From Bdellovibrionota bacterium (GTDB taxonomy: Bacteria > Bdellovibrionota_C > UBA2361 > OMII01), in NCBI GenBank assembly GCA_044356215.1, contig JBIKWQ010000040.1:1-30824 (forward strand): a DNA stretch of 30,824 nt. The letters are read 5' to 3'. Of this stretch, positions 18,794 to 26,648 are shown piece after piece. The notes beneath the pieces were generated by a model, which did no database searches, was not told the origin of the DNA, and saw only the letters and a program-made list of their open reading frames with translations. Position 1 is the stretch's first letter. The number at the start of each line of letters is the position of its first letter. A program made the position numbers and the translations under genes.

Positions 18794-20256
18794 GACCCAA
18801 AACTCAAAAGCGTAAGTTTATCTAAAAAAGATGGCGCGAAAATTTTTAAAAACAGGTAGCCGACCCCAATACCACTTAGGGCTGCGAATACCATAATAGT
18901 CAAATCCAAGGTGCGGCCTCCCAGCGCATACCTATTAGCTCGATCTGTCCTCGCTCCTTTGGCCGAATTCGCCTTTAATTGGCCGCCATTCCTCGATGCC
19001 TTAAAGGTTCCTTGCCCCTCTAATTTTCCACGAGCGGCTGGTGAAGCTACCTTGCCCGAAACAGCCGCGTTTCCGTCACGACCAAATTTTCTATTTGAAT
19101 AGTTAAAAGCAGTTGCCGGGTCCAAGTAGTCGGTTGGCTGTCGCGCGCGAGGATCATCGACATCCGCAACGCTATTAGTTTCGATCTGCTCTTTCGCGGA
19201 ATCTTGCTGGGGGCTATCCCATCGATCGTAGGTCTCTCTTACAGCTCCTCCGTAATCGATCGAACCACCAGTAGTTAAGAGTCGCGTCTCGGCCGCCTTA
19301 CCCTGAACATCAGCCGGACCGCTGAGCGTAGGACCCACATATCTTTTACTGGTGAATACTGCCTCAGGCGGAATCAATATTCCTGAATCGATCTCCCCAG
19401 CCACTCCTAGACTAATCGCTACTCTCTGCAAGTCGTAAAACATCTCTCCCGCCGATTGATATCTCTCATCTGGATCTCTCTTGAGAGCCTTTAACACGAT
19501 TCGATCGAGCTCAGGTGGACATTCAATTCTATAAGTGCTTGGGGCCTCAGGATCGTTTTGTAAACGTTTACTGATTGAGGCGTACGGACTATCTCCCTTA
19601 AGCGGCGCTTCCCCGGCAATCAGCTCAAACGCCAAAATACCCATGGCGTATATATCTGACCTCCAGTCCACCTGAGACTTCAACATATACTCAGGGGAAA
19701 CGTATTCAAGAGTGCCTACAACGCCGCCATGCTCAGTAAGTTTAGGACCATCGGTCTTTCTGGCTATGCCGAAGTCAGCTATCTTGACCATCCCCTCGTT
19801 AGTTAGAAGGATGTTTTCGGGCTTAAGATCCCTGTGCACGATGCCCGCATCGTGTATCGCCTGGACTCCCGCCGTCATTTGACACAGAAAACGCAAACAC
19901 TCGGAGATACTAGTTAGCTCCGAGCGACTCATACGATCAGCTAGGTCACCGCCGCCAACAAACTCCATCGTGTACGCGGTAATATCTCCATCTTTGATGA
20001 ATTCATAAGCTCTAACTACACTAGGATGAGATATCCCATACGAAGCGAGGATCTCATTTTTGAAGCGCGCCGCCGCTATAGAATCACTAGCTACGTCATC
20101 AAAAAGAACTTTAGCCGCGACTAGCTGACCCTGGAGATCCCTATGCCGGCACGCGTAGACCATCCCCATACTTCCAGCGCCGAGGCATTTAACCACCTCA
20201 TATTTTCCGCCGATCACCGTTCCCGGCTGTAAGGTCACTGAGTGCTGGTCAGACAT
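18790..20256 (-). CDS. Hanks-type Ser/Thr protein kinase with C-terminal membrane anchor
   Basis: LGAGSMGMVY, VAAK, HRDLKPEN, KIADFG, GTLEYVSPE and SDIYAMG are all intact; C-terminal TM; ATGA overlap with cpaE. Confidence 0.96.
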   Translation of the reverse strand: MSDQHSVTLQPGTVIGGKYEVVKCLGAGSMGMVYACRHRDLQGQLVAAKVLFDDVASDSIAAARFKNEILASYGISHPSVVRAYEFIKDGDITAYTMEFVGGGDLADRMSRSELTSISECLRFLCQMTAGVQAIHDAGIVHRDLKPENILLTNEGMVKIADFGIARKTDGPKLTEHGGVVGTLEYVSPEYMLKSQVDWRSDIYAMGILAFELIAGEAPLKGDSPYASISKRLQNDPEAPSTYRIECPPELDRIVLKALKRDPDERYQSAGEMFYDLQRVAISLGVAGEIDSGILIPPEAVFTSKRYVGPTLSGPADVQGKAAETRLLTTGGSIDYGGAVRETYDRWDSPQQDSAKEQIETNSVADVDDPRARQPTDYLDPATAFNYSNRKFGRDGNAAVSGKVASPAARGKLEGQGTFKASRNGGQLKANSAKGARTDRANRYALGGRTLDLTIMVFAALSGIGVGYLFLKIFAPSFLDKLTLLSFGS

Positions 20257-20291
20257 TTTATACTTTTACCTACTCCGCTTAGATTAAAACC

Positions 20292-21185
20292 TTATCTCCT
20301 TAAGGCCGCGGCTCCTAACAAAGCCACATGATACTCACACTCACCAAATATCACCACATCGCCGTGCCGAAGCGCGCTTTTATCTCCCATCAGGCTATCC
20401 TCTCTCTGGTCTTCCGCGCGCTTAATTCGAGTCCCGTGCTCCGATAGTTGGTCCAAAATCAGGACATCACCATCACCAGATATCCGCATGATCGCGTGCA
20501 TCGGTGACACCGACTCATGATGTATAACGAGACAGCTATCACTTAAACTTCTCTCACTTGAAACTAACAAGCGCCCCTCTCTCAGCTCCACGTAGGAGCC
20601 CAGAGAATCAGAAGTGAAGGAAACTAGGAACCCGACTAACTTGGTCGGCTTTTTCCATTCAACGCGCGCCTCGTCCCCACGCTCCTTCCTGGTGCCTCTT
20701 GTGATTGGATCAGACACGGCCACATCCAAAGCCCGCGCTGGCCGCTCAACCTCCTCATCCGCCCGAGCCAACGGAGCAGCGAATATATCGTCTTTTTTAC
20801 CGCTTACCGCGGGCTCAAATATCGAGGAATGGACCGCGATGTTTTCAACTTTTACATCACCATCTAGCCGGGAAAGCGAATCCCCTCCGAGACTAGCCTC
20901 TATCTCCAAGCCGGCAAGTGGCTCATCATTCAAGATCGATTCAGCGAGAAATTCGCTAGGGCCGAGGTCCATCTCCTTCTCTTGACCAGCGACGTCTTTA
21001 ACGCCTTCTTGATCAAAATCATCCTCGAATAAATCATCGACATCGAGCGCGCTAAATCCGTCATCTTTTTCCCCAACCTGAAAGTCAGCTACATCCGCCG
21101 GCTGAATCATCATGGTCTTGTTGCGTGCTCGCAGAGATGATCTTGGAAATTTTGATTGTACTTTCTCGTTCGTGTCCTCTGACAT
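20292..21185 (-). CDS. FHA domain protein with acidic disordered N-terminus
   Basis: C-terminal LVGFLV..SVSPMHA..ILDQLSEHGTRI..LRHGDVVIFG matches the FHA pattern; sits between phosphatase and kinase. Confidence 0.85.
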   Translation of the reverse strand: MSEDTNEKVQSKFPRSSLRARNKTMMIQPADVADFQVGEKDDGFSALDVDDLFEDDFDQEGVKDVAGQEKEMDLGPSEFLAESILNDEPLAGLEIEASLGGDSLSRLDGDVKVENIAVHSSIFEPAVSGKKDDIFAAPLARADEEVERPARALDVAVSDPITRGTRKERGDEARVEWKKPTKLVGFLVSFTSDSLGSYVELREGRLLVSSERSLSDSCLVIHHESVSPMHAIMRISGDGDVLILDQLSEHGTRIKRAEDQREDSLMGDKSALRHGDVVIFGECEYHVALLGAAALRR

Positions 21186-21186
21186 A

Positions 21187-22215
21187 TTATCCCCATCTCA
21201 TATTAAAAAAAATATAACTACAGACCGCGCATATCGCGGATATAGCGGCGACTAAAAAAACTCTCCAGATGTGCCCCTTAAGAGTTATAGCCGAGTATCG
21301 TGCGTGAACCTGCTGGCCCTCTGTAATGACGCCAAGCAAAGGATCCTCGTTTAACTCACCTTGCCACCTTGGTCCCTTATCTCTCACATCTAATTCAGAT
21401 ACGGGTTCTAAACTCCCTCGCAGCGGAATGACCAGAGCTGTGATGTTATCAAAGCCGCCTCTATCTCGAGCTATATCGATCAATTTAGTGGTGGCGTCTT
21501 GAGCGCTAAAATTAGTCACCAAGGCGGCCATCTCCTCCTCGGAAACCAATCCATACAGGCCGTCAGAGCAGAGCAGAATCCACTCAGTCGGCTCTAGCTC
21601 TGATTCGCGTTGTCTCAATTTAAATTTACGCGCATCCACTTCGAACCCTAGCTCAGAACCTAAACAGCGGGTCAGTATATGAGATTGAGGATGAATCATC
21701 GCGTCGCTAGGAGAGATCTTTCCAGCGTCAACCAACTGTTGCACAAGGGTGTGGTCGTTGGTCATCTGTGTGATAGAGCCAACTTTAATATGATAAGCGC
21801 GGGAATCTCCCACAGCACCTAGAGCGACCTCAGTTTCACTCACCAGAACACCAACGGCCGTTGTTCCCATACCGCTCAGACTTGCGTCGCTAGTCTTTAA
21901 GAGAAGAGTTCGCTGAGCCTCCTCTATAGCCTTAACTACAACCCTCAGGGGCTCGGTTAGAGAGGTTTCATGTAGGTACTTGCTGATAGTCTCCGCTGAA
22001 ATCAACGCCGCCGTTTCTCCCGCCGGCTGCCCTCCCATTCCATCAAATACAAAGTAGCCCGCAAGCGATCCTGCGTTAGCGATTAAGAAGCAATCCTCGT
22101 TAGATGTGCGCTCGCATCCTTGGTCGGTTTGGCCGTAAGCTCGTAGCCGATCATCAACGATAGATCGCTTGACGATCTTGCCAGATCCCATCCTTGGCTC
22201 GTTATATGATCCCAT
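21187..22215 (-). CDS. PP2C/PPM-family Ser/Thr phosphatase with C-terminal TM helix
   Basis: RTSNED, VFDGMGG, MGTT, VGDSRAY, TNDHT, LCSDGL, GGFDNIT; C-terminal hydrophobic segment. Confidence 0.96.
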   Translation of the reverse strand: MGSYNEPRMGSGKIVKRSIVDDRLRAYGQTDQGCERTSNEDCFLIANAGSLAGYFVFDGMGGQPAGETAALISAETISKYLHETSLTEPLRVVVKAIEEAQRTLLLKTSDASLSGMGTTAVGVLVSETEVALGAVGDSRAYHIKVGSITQMTNDHTLVQQLVDAGKISPSDAMIHPQSHILTRCLGSELGFEVDARKFKLRQRESELEPTEWILLCSDGLYGLVSEEEMAALVTNFSAQDATTKLIDIARDRGGFDNITALVIPLRGSLEPVSELDVRDKGPRWQGELNEDPLLGVITEGQQVHARYSAITLKGHIWRVFLVAAISAICAVCSYIFFNMRWG

Positions 22216-22485
22216 CTCTACTATTCCCGTCGCCGCGCGAAATGATCCGCCTAGCCCTCAAAAGCATTGCAGACGGCCATCCCTCCCACCCCTAGGTGGT
22301 CGGCCATTTGATCCGTGTCCTTTAGATTAAATAGATGTTTGATGGCTCAAATAATGTGCGAGAATCCTTCAGTAAAAGATCTCAATAGAACAGGCTTACG
22401 CCCTATCGGAAATAGTGTATAGTTGCGAAAAGTTTGGCTAAGCTCCCGATATGACTATACTGAAGTCCTAAACAAACAAGGTTTT

Positions 22486-22728
22486 GTGAAAAACGAGAGT
22501 AAGAATAGTGTTATCTCCGTACTGACAATTGCCCTAGCAACAGCCTTGATGGCGCCCTATTTTGGTTGCCATGTAGTCACTTCTCCTCCACAGGCAGAGC
22601 GGAATCGCGAAACGAAGCTAGATAACACCGACCTTTCGACTTCTCATACCGGCGCGACCCGAGCCCGACTTAGTGACTATAATAACCGCGATGAATTAGA
22701 GGAGATTCAGAATATGCTCGCTGAGTAG
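22486..22728 (+). CDS. Small putative lipoprotein/exported hypothetical protein
   Basis: GTG start at 22486 gives a basic N-region, a hydrophobic stretch and YFGC; 34 nt upstream of and co-oriented with pduO. Confidence 0.5.
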   Translation: MKNESKNSVISVLTIALATALMAPYFGCHVVTSPPQAERNRETKLDNTDLSTSHTGATRARLSDYNNRDELEEIQNMLAE

Positions 22729-22762
22729 CGAATAATCTGAACTAATTAGTTGGAGTACAGAG

Positions 22763-23353
22763 ATGGTAAACCTAAATAAAATATACACGAGGACAGGTGA
22801 CTCTGGATCTACTGGTCTCGTAGGAGGCGCTCGAATTGATAAGGATGCAATTAAGGTTTCGGCTTACGGAGATATAGACGAGCTCAACAGTCAGCTGGGA
22901 GTTTGCAAGGAATTGGCGCAGTCTGGACCAACGGCGGGTCTTCTAGTTGATATGCTAATCACTATACAGAATGAGCTCTTTGACATAGGAGCTGAATTGG
23001 CCACACCCGCGGAGTCACATTGGGAGGGTATGCTAAAAGCTGGAACTGAGCATGTAGTGCGTCTTGAAACATGGATTGACAAACTAAACGATCAGCTATC
23101 TCCGCTTAAATCTTTTATTCTGCCAGGCGGCTCAATTCTATGCGCCCATATTCACGTCGCGCGAACAGTTTGTAGGCGTGCCGAGAGGCAGATCTGTTCG
23201 CTGAATAAGATCGAACCTGTATCCAGCAGCATCCTCCAGTACATTAATCGATTGAGCGATCTCCTATTCGTCATGGCGAGAGCAGCCGCAAGAAGCGAAG
23301 GAAAGACCGAATATCTGTGGGTCCCCGGAGCATCTAGACCGATCCCAGCCTAG
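22763..23353 (+). CDS. pduO: PduO-type ATP:cob(I)alamin adenosyltransferase
   Basis: KIYTRTGDSGSTGL, AYGDIDELNS, IQNELFDIGAELA, FILPGG, ARTVCRRAER, YINRLSDLLF; GGAG RBS. Confidence 0.96.
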   Translation: MVNLNKIYTRTGDSGSTGLVGGARIDKDAIKVSAYGDIDELNSQLGVCKELAQSGPTAGLLVDMLITIQNELFDIGAELATPAESHWEGMLKAGTEHVVRLETWIDKLNDQLSPLKSFILPGGSILCAHIHVARTVCRRAERQICSLNKIEPVSSSILQYINRLSDLLFVMARAAARSEGKTEYLWVPGASRPIPA

Positions 23354-23355
23354 CC

Positions 23356-24177
23356 TCAGTTGACGTCAAAAGACTCAATCCTAACCACCGGCTGGTACGC
23401 TACGGTATCTGAGGCAGGAAGTAGCTTCTCCAGGGTCAATCGAAAAGGTTTAACACCCTGCGGCGCGAGGTCCATGCCGCGCACTTGAATCCGTTTCTCA
23501 TTCTCCAACGGAGGATTCGGCAAGCCTAATTTACTAGCGGGAGTGAAGCCAGCTACCAAAACTACATCATTAATAACAGCCTTCCCTGAATTAAAAAACT
23601 CGCCCTTGATCGAGAAAGAAACCAAACACTCCTCCGGGGACGAGCAGCTACCATCTGGCACTCGGTGAACCTCAAGATTACGGAGAGCTAAAAAATCAGA
23701 CTCCGCTTTATTGGATTTAAGAGAGGCGCGCGTGGAACCTATGTATGGCTCAGCGTCTCTACCCCACAAAACTTCTAACTGATAGTTCGATAAGCCATCA
23801 GCAGGCAGCGCTAATGAAAACCGTGTCGGGATTGATGGGTTAAGATCCTCTCCGCTCTTTATAAGATCCACCACCTTGTGCGAGACCACTCTCTCTTCTC
23901 CCTGGGAGTCGACGCCTTTAAGTCTCACGATAACATCTTTCGCTGCGCGGCGCTCCTTTGACACCAACTGCCCCTGAATGTTTAGCGTCTTACCGTCATT
24001 GGATTCTTTGAGTACATCTAACCTAAAAGGGGTTACCGAAGGATCTCCTCCTAGCGCTGAGCCAACGACACTTATATCCCCCCCTCCAGTCGCCGAGCGA
24101 TTAAACCAGCTACATCCCGACAACCCAACAACGGAGATAATCGCGAATAAAGTAACAGCTCTTACTGACACCATCAT
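23356..24177 (-). CDS. Lipoprotein with two tandem beta-sandwich (FxLYD/DUF3426-like) domains
   Basis: Lipobox LSGC; two copies of the pattern IxG...DV.V/L....L.P....F.L.L. Confidence 0.6.
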   Translation of the reverse strand: MMVSVRAVTLFAIISVVGLSGCSWFNRSATGGGDISVVGSALGGDPSVTPFRLDVLKESNDGKTLNIQGQLVSKERRAAKDVIVRLKGVDSQGEERVVSHKVVDLIKSGEDLNPSIPTRFSLALPADGLSNYQLEVLWGRDAEPYIGSTRASLKSNKAESDFLALRNLEVHRVPDGSCSSPEECLVSFSIKGEFFNSGKAVINDVVLVAGFTPASKLGLPNPPLENEKRIQVRGMDLAPQGVKPFRLTLEKLLPASDTVAYQPVVRIESFDVN

Positions 24178-24180
24178 AAA

Positions 24181-24645
24181 CTATCCCTCAATTGTTTGTT
24201 CCCTGCTGGTCATGAGCCATCCAGTGCCTGGCGAGAATTCCCAATTCTGCTCCTCACGTTTAGAACTCACAACCAGGTGCGAGACTTTAAATGAATCAAC
24301 CTTAACTACAACTCTAGCCTTACGAGCCCCATCAATCCACTCGATCTCATCGATCTGTGATTTAACGATACGCTCCTGTTCATTATTATCCTGGAGCTGT
24401 TTTGATATGTCAGCTTGCGCCTCAGGAGCGACGAGCGCCATAGCCTGAGATTTATTCCCGAAGATTCTCGCCTCCGAGAACTTTTTCAACTGTGGCGGGA
24501 GAAGCTCCATACGGTCTCCCTCGGTTAACCCAGTCTCTTTGAATGCCTGAACAAATGGAACAAGTACGCAACCTGTAGCGCTAAATGCGACCACTAGCGC
24601 GAAGCACAACACAGAGAAACGCCCGATAAACCAAAACATTACCAC
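24181..24645 (-). CDS. Hypothetical lipoprotein
   Basis: Lipobox ATGC; helix-then-beta pattern; 3 and 9 nt gaps to its neighbours. Confidence 0.65.
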   Translation of the reverse strand: MVMFWFIGRFSVLCFALVVAFSATGCVLVPFVQAFKETGLTEGDRMELLPPQLKKFSEARIFGNKSQAMALVAPEAQADISKQLQDNNEQERIVKSQIDEIEWIDGARKARVVVKVDSFKVSHLVVSSKREEQNWEFSPGTGWLMTSREQTIEG

Positions 24646-24654
24646 CCCACAAAT

Positions 24655-24996
24655 CTACTTACTATCAGAATCCGATGCCGCTGCTGGCTCTTCAGCACCT
24701 TCGCTTCCAACGCCACCTATTAAATTCGAGAGAAATCTCTTGATCTTGGCTATATCGTAATCCGGCAACACGCTACCGGGCTGACGATTAGGCTTTTGGT
24801 GCTCCTGATCGTACTTAGCCTCTATTTTAAAAAGCTCATCGCCCCTTAGCTGTTGGATTAACTGCTTAGCCTGCTCAGTCTGCGCATCTGATGGGGATTT
24901 AAGACCCCTCAAGAGATCTCTAGCTCCGAGCATCACCATGGCGCTAGAGAATGCCACCACTACTGTAAATAATCCGAGCCTGTTTATAGCTGACAT
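24655..24996 (-). CDS. Small membrane-anchored hypothetical protein
   Basis: N-terminal hydrophobic segment; co-oriented with fliD and the two lipoprotein genes. Confidence 0.6.
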   Translation of the reverse strand: MSAINRLGLFTVVVAFSSAMVMLGARDLLRGLKSPSDAQTEQAKQLIQQLRGDELFKIEAKYDQEHQKPNRQPGSVLPDYDIAKIKRFLSNLIGGVGSEGAEEPAAASDSDSK

Positions 24997-25117
24997 AAGA
25001 AGTTGCGACTTAGAAGAGAGCCAGCAAAACGCCGTATGTCTCTTTACTCAACTAATAAACTACCCCAGTCATGTCCTGCTGAAAAGGTTATTTCCACTCT
25101 GGATTAAAGGGCCGTGA

Positions 25118-26521
25118 TTAGCCAAGTCCGGCCAGAGCTGATGTCAGAGATGCCTGCTGATTCTGAAGCCTACCCATCAGGGACTCCAATCGGGCATACC
25201 TGGCTCGCAACTGCTCCGTTTGCCGCTCGATCTGGGCTTCTGCGTCAGCGATACGCTGATTAAGATCGTCGATTGTCGTCTTATTGGCGTTAATTGAAAG
25301 GTCGAGTAATCCATTAAATTTTGTGAACTGGTTTATTATACCACTCGTAGTAGCGGTCGCATCAGCTAAGACGGAGAGCACACTAGAAACACTCGATACC
25401 TCCGATGATATCGCCTCCTGGAGCTTACTGCTATCTAATTTCAAAGTCCCATCGCGCTGGGTAGTGATCCCCAGATCTGCCAAGACTCTTACAGAGACAC
25501 CGCCCGACGCCACAGCTTCAGATATCTTAGAACGAATAGCGAAAAGAACGTTATCATCGATTCTTGAGCTAGATAGCGGCGAAAAAACATTAACAGTCTC
25601 GCGACCACGCTGTTCCTCGGTAACCTTATTGTTCTCGCTTACAAAAGCGACCAGATCGTTATAGGCGTCGACAAACTGCTGTACCTTAGTTGTTGTGGCC
25701 GGGGCGTCCTCGGATATCTTGACAGTTGACGTCCCTGTCGAGCTCAATGATAGCGTCACTCCTGGAACTATATCAGATATGTTGTTAGTCGAGCGGGTAA
25801 TCGTCCCGATACCAGTGATCGTCACTGATGAATTAGCGGCTGCGCTCTCCGAGAAGGCGCTTAGGTTCGTAAGTGAGCCCCCCAAAGCGGATCGAGTGAT
25901 CGTTCCCTTATCTGTACCTTCATAAAGCGAGGTAATAACGAGCTTATAAGATGGACTGGCTACTGTTCCAATATTTACTAGCGACGCTCGTCCTTTGTTA
26001 CTGGCTGAATTAAAAGCATCTATGAAATTCTGCGCTGTGTATGAACCGTCTGGCACCACGACACTAATCGTTTCTTGTTCAGTTCCCGTTCCGATAGTGA
26101 ACGTTAACGTACGATCCGCTTCACTCTCAGCTCCAGTTAGATCGCTCTGAAGAGGGGTATTCGAGCTAGCGAACACCTGATTAAAGCTGTACGTGTGATT
26201 GCTAGCCAAACTATTTACGGTGACCGAATATGAACCATTACTCGCCGCCGTTGTCGCTGTAGCTGATACAACGGACTCTTTGCTACTGGTTCCTGTTTTA
26301 CTAACTCCCCCTCCCTGTAAAGTTGTGAACGGAACAAGAGCATCCTGCAGGGTAGTTAATTTCTTCGTTAGGTCTTCAAAAGCGGTGTTAGTGCCTTCCA
26401 GTTCAGTGACTCTATCTTGATTGGGTTTAACACGGGTCTGGCGCGTCGCATTGATCGTCGCGTCTATTAAAGCTTGCGTATCGAGCCCTGACGCTATTCC
26501 ACCGAAGCTTGTAGTAGCCAT
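25118..26521 (-). CDS. fliD: Flagellar filament cap protein FliD (HAP2)
   Basis: FGGIASGLDTQALID, GSYSVTVNSLA, TRSTNNISDIVPGVTL, VQQFVDAYN, LADLGITTQRDGTLKLD, C-terminal coiled coil RARYARLE. Confidence 0.93.
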   Translation of the reverse strand: MATTSFGGIASGLDTQALIDATINATRQTRVKPNQDRVTELEGTNTAFEDLTKKLTTLQDALVPFTTLQGGGVSKTGTSSKESVVSATATTAASNGSYSVTVNSLASNHTYSFNQVFASSNTPLQSDLTGAESEADRTLTFTIGTGTEQETISVVVPDGSYTAQNFIDAFNSASNKGRASLVNIGTVASPSYKLVITSLYEGTDKGTITRSALGGSLTNLSAFSESAAANSSVTITGIGTITRSTNNISDIVPGVTLSLSSTGTSTVKISEDAPATTTKVQQFVDAYNDLVAFVSENNKVTEEQRGRETVNVFSPLSSSRIDDNVLFAIRSKISEAVASGGVSVRVLADLGITTQRDGTLKLDSSKLQEAISSEVSSVSSVLSVLADATATTSGIINQFTKFNGLLDLSINANKTTIDDLNQRIADAEAQIERQTEQLRARYARLESLMGRLQNQQASLTSALAGLG

Positions 26522-26648
26522 AAAGATAACTCGTTTTAGCTAGGTCACTTCTTGCCATCTCTAAAGCGCGGCAACAAATACCTGCCCTAGACGTCTGATA
26601 AATCGCCATGCTTTCAGTGGCTTAGAGAGTAGGCAGGTAACAATCTGC

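Noticed and set aside
7081..22215. Genomic island integrated at tRNA-Leu
   Set aside because: No integrase, no duplicated tRNA 3' end seen, and no obvious compositional shift relative to the housekeeping genes.
22216..22762. Cobalamin riboswitch upstream of pduO
   Set aside because: No B12-box or conserved riboswitch core recognised, and part of the region is a plausible small lipoprotein gene.
26522..26648. Sigma-28 or sigma-54 promoter, or structured RNA, upstream of fliD
   Set aside because: The best sigma-28 match (CTAA-N14-GGCGATTT) is poor, there is no GG-N10-GC with TGGCAC, and the 8-bp inverted repeat TACCTGCC/GGCAGGTA is too short to call.
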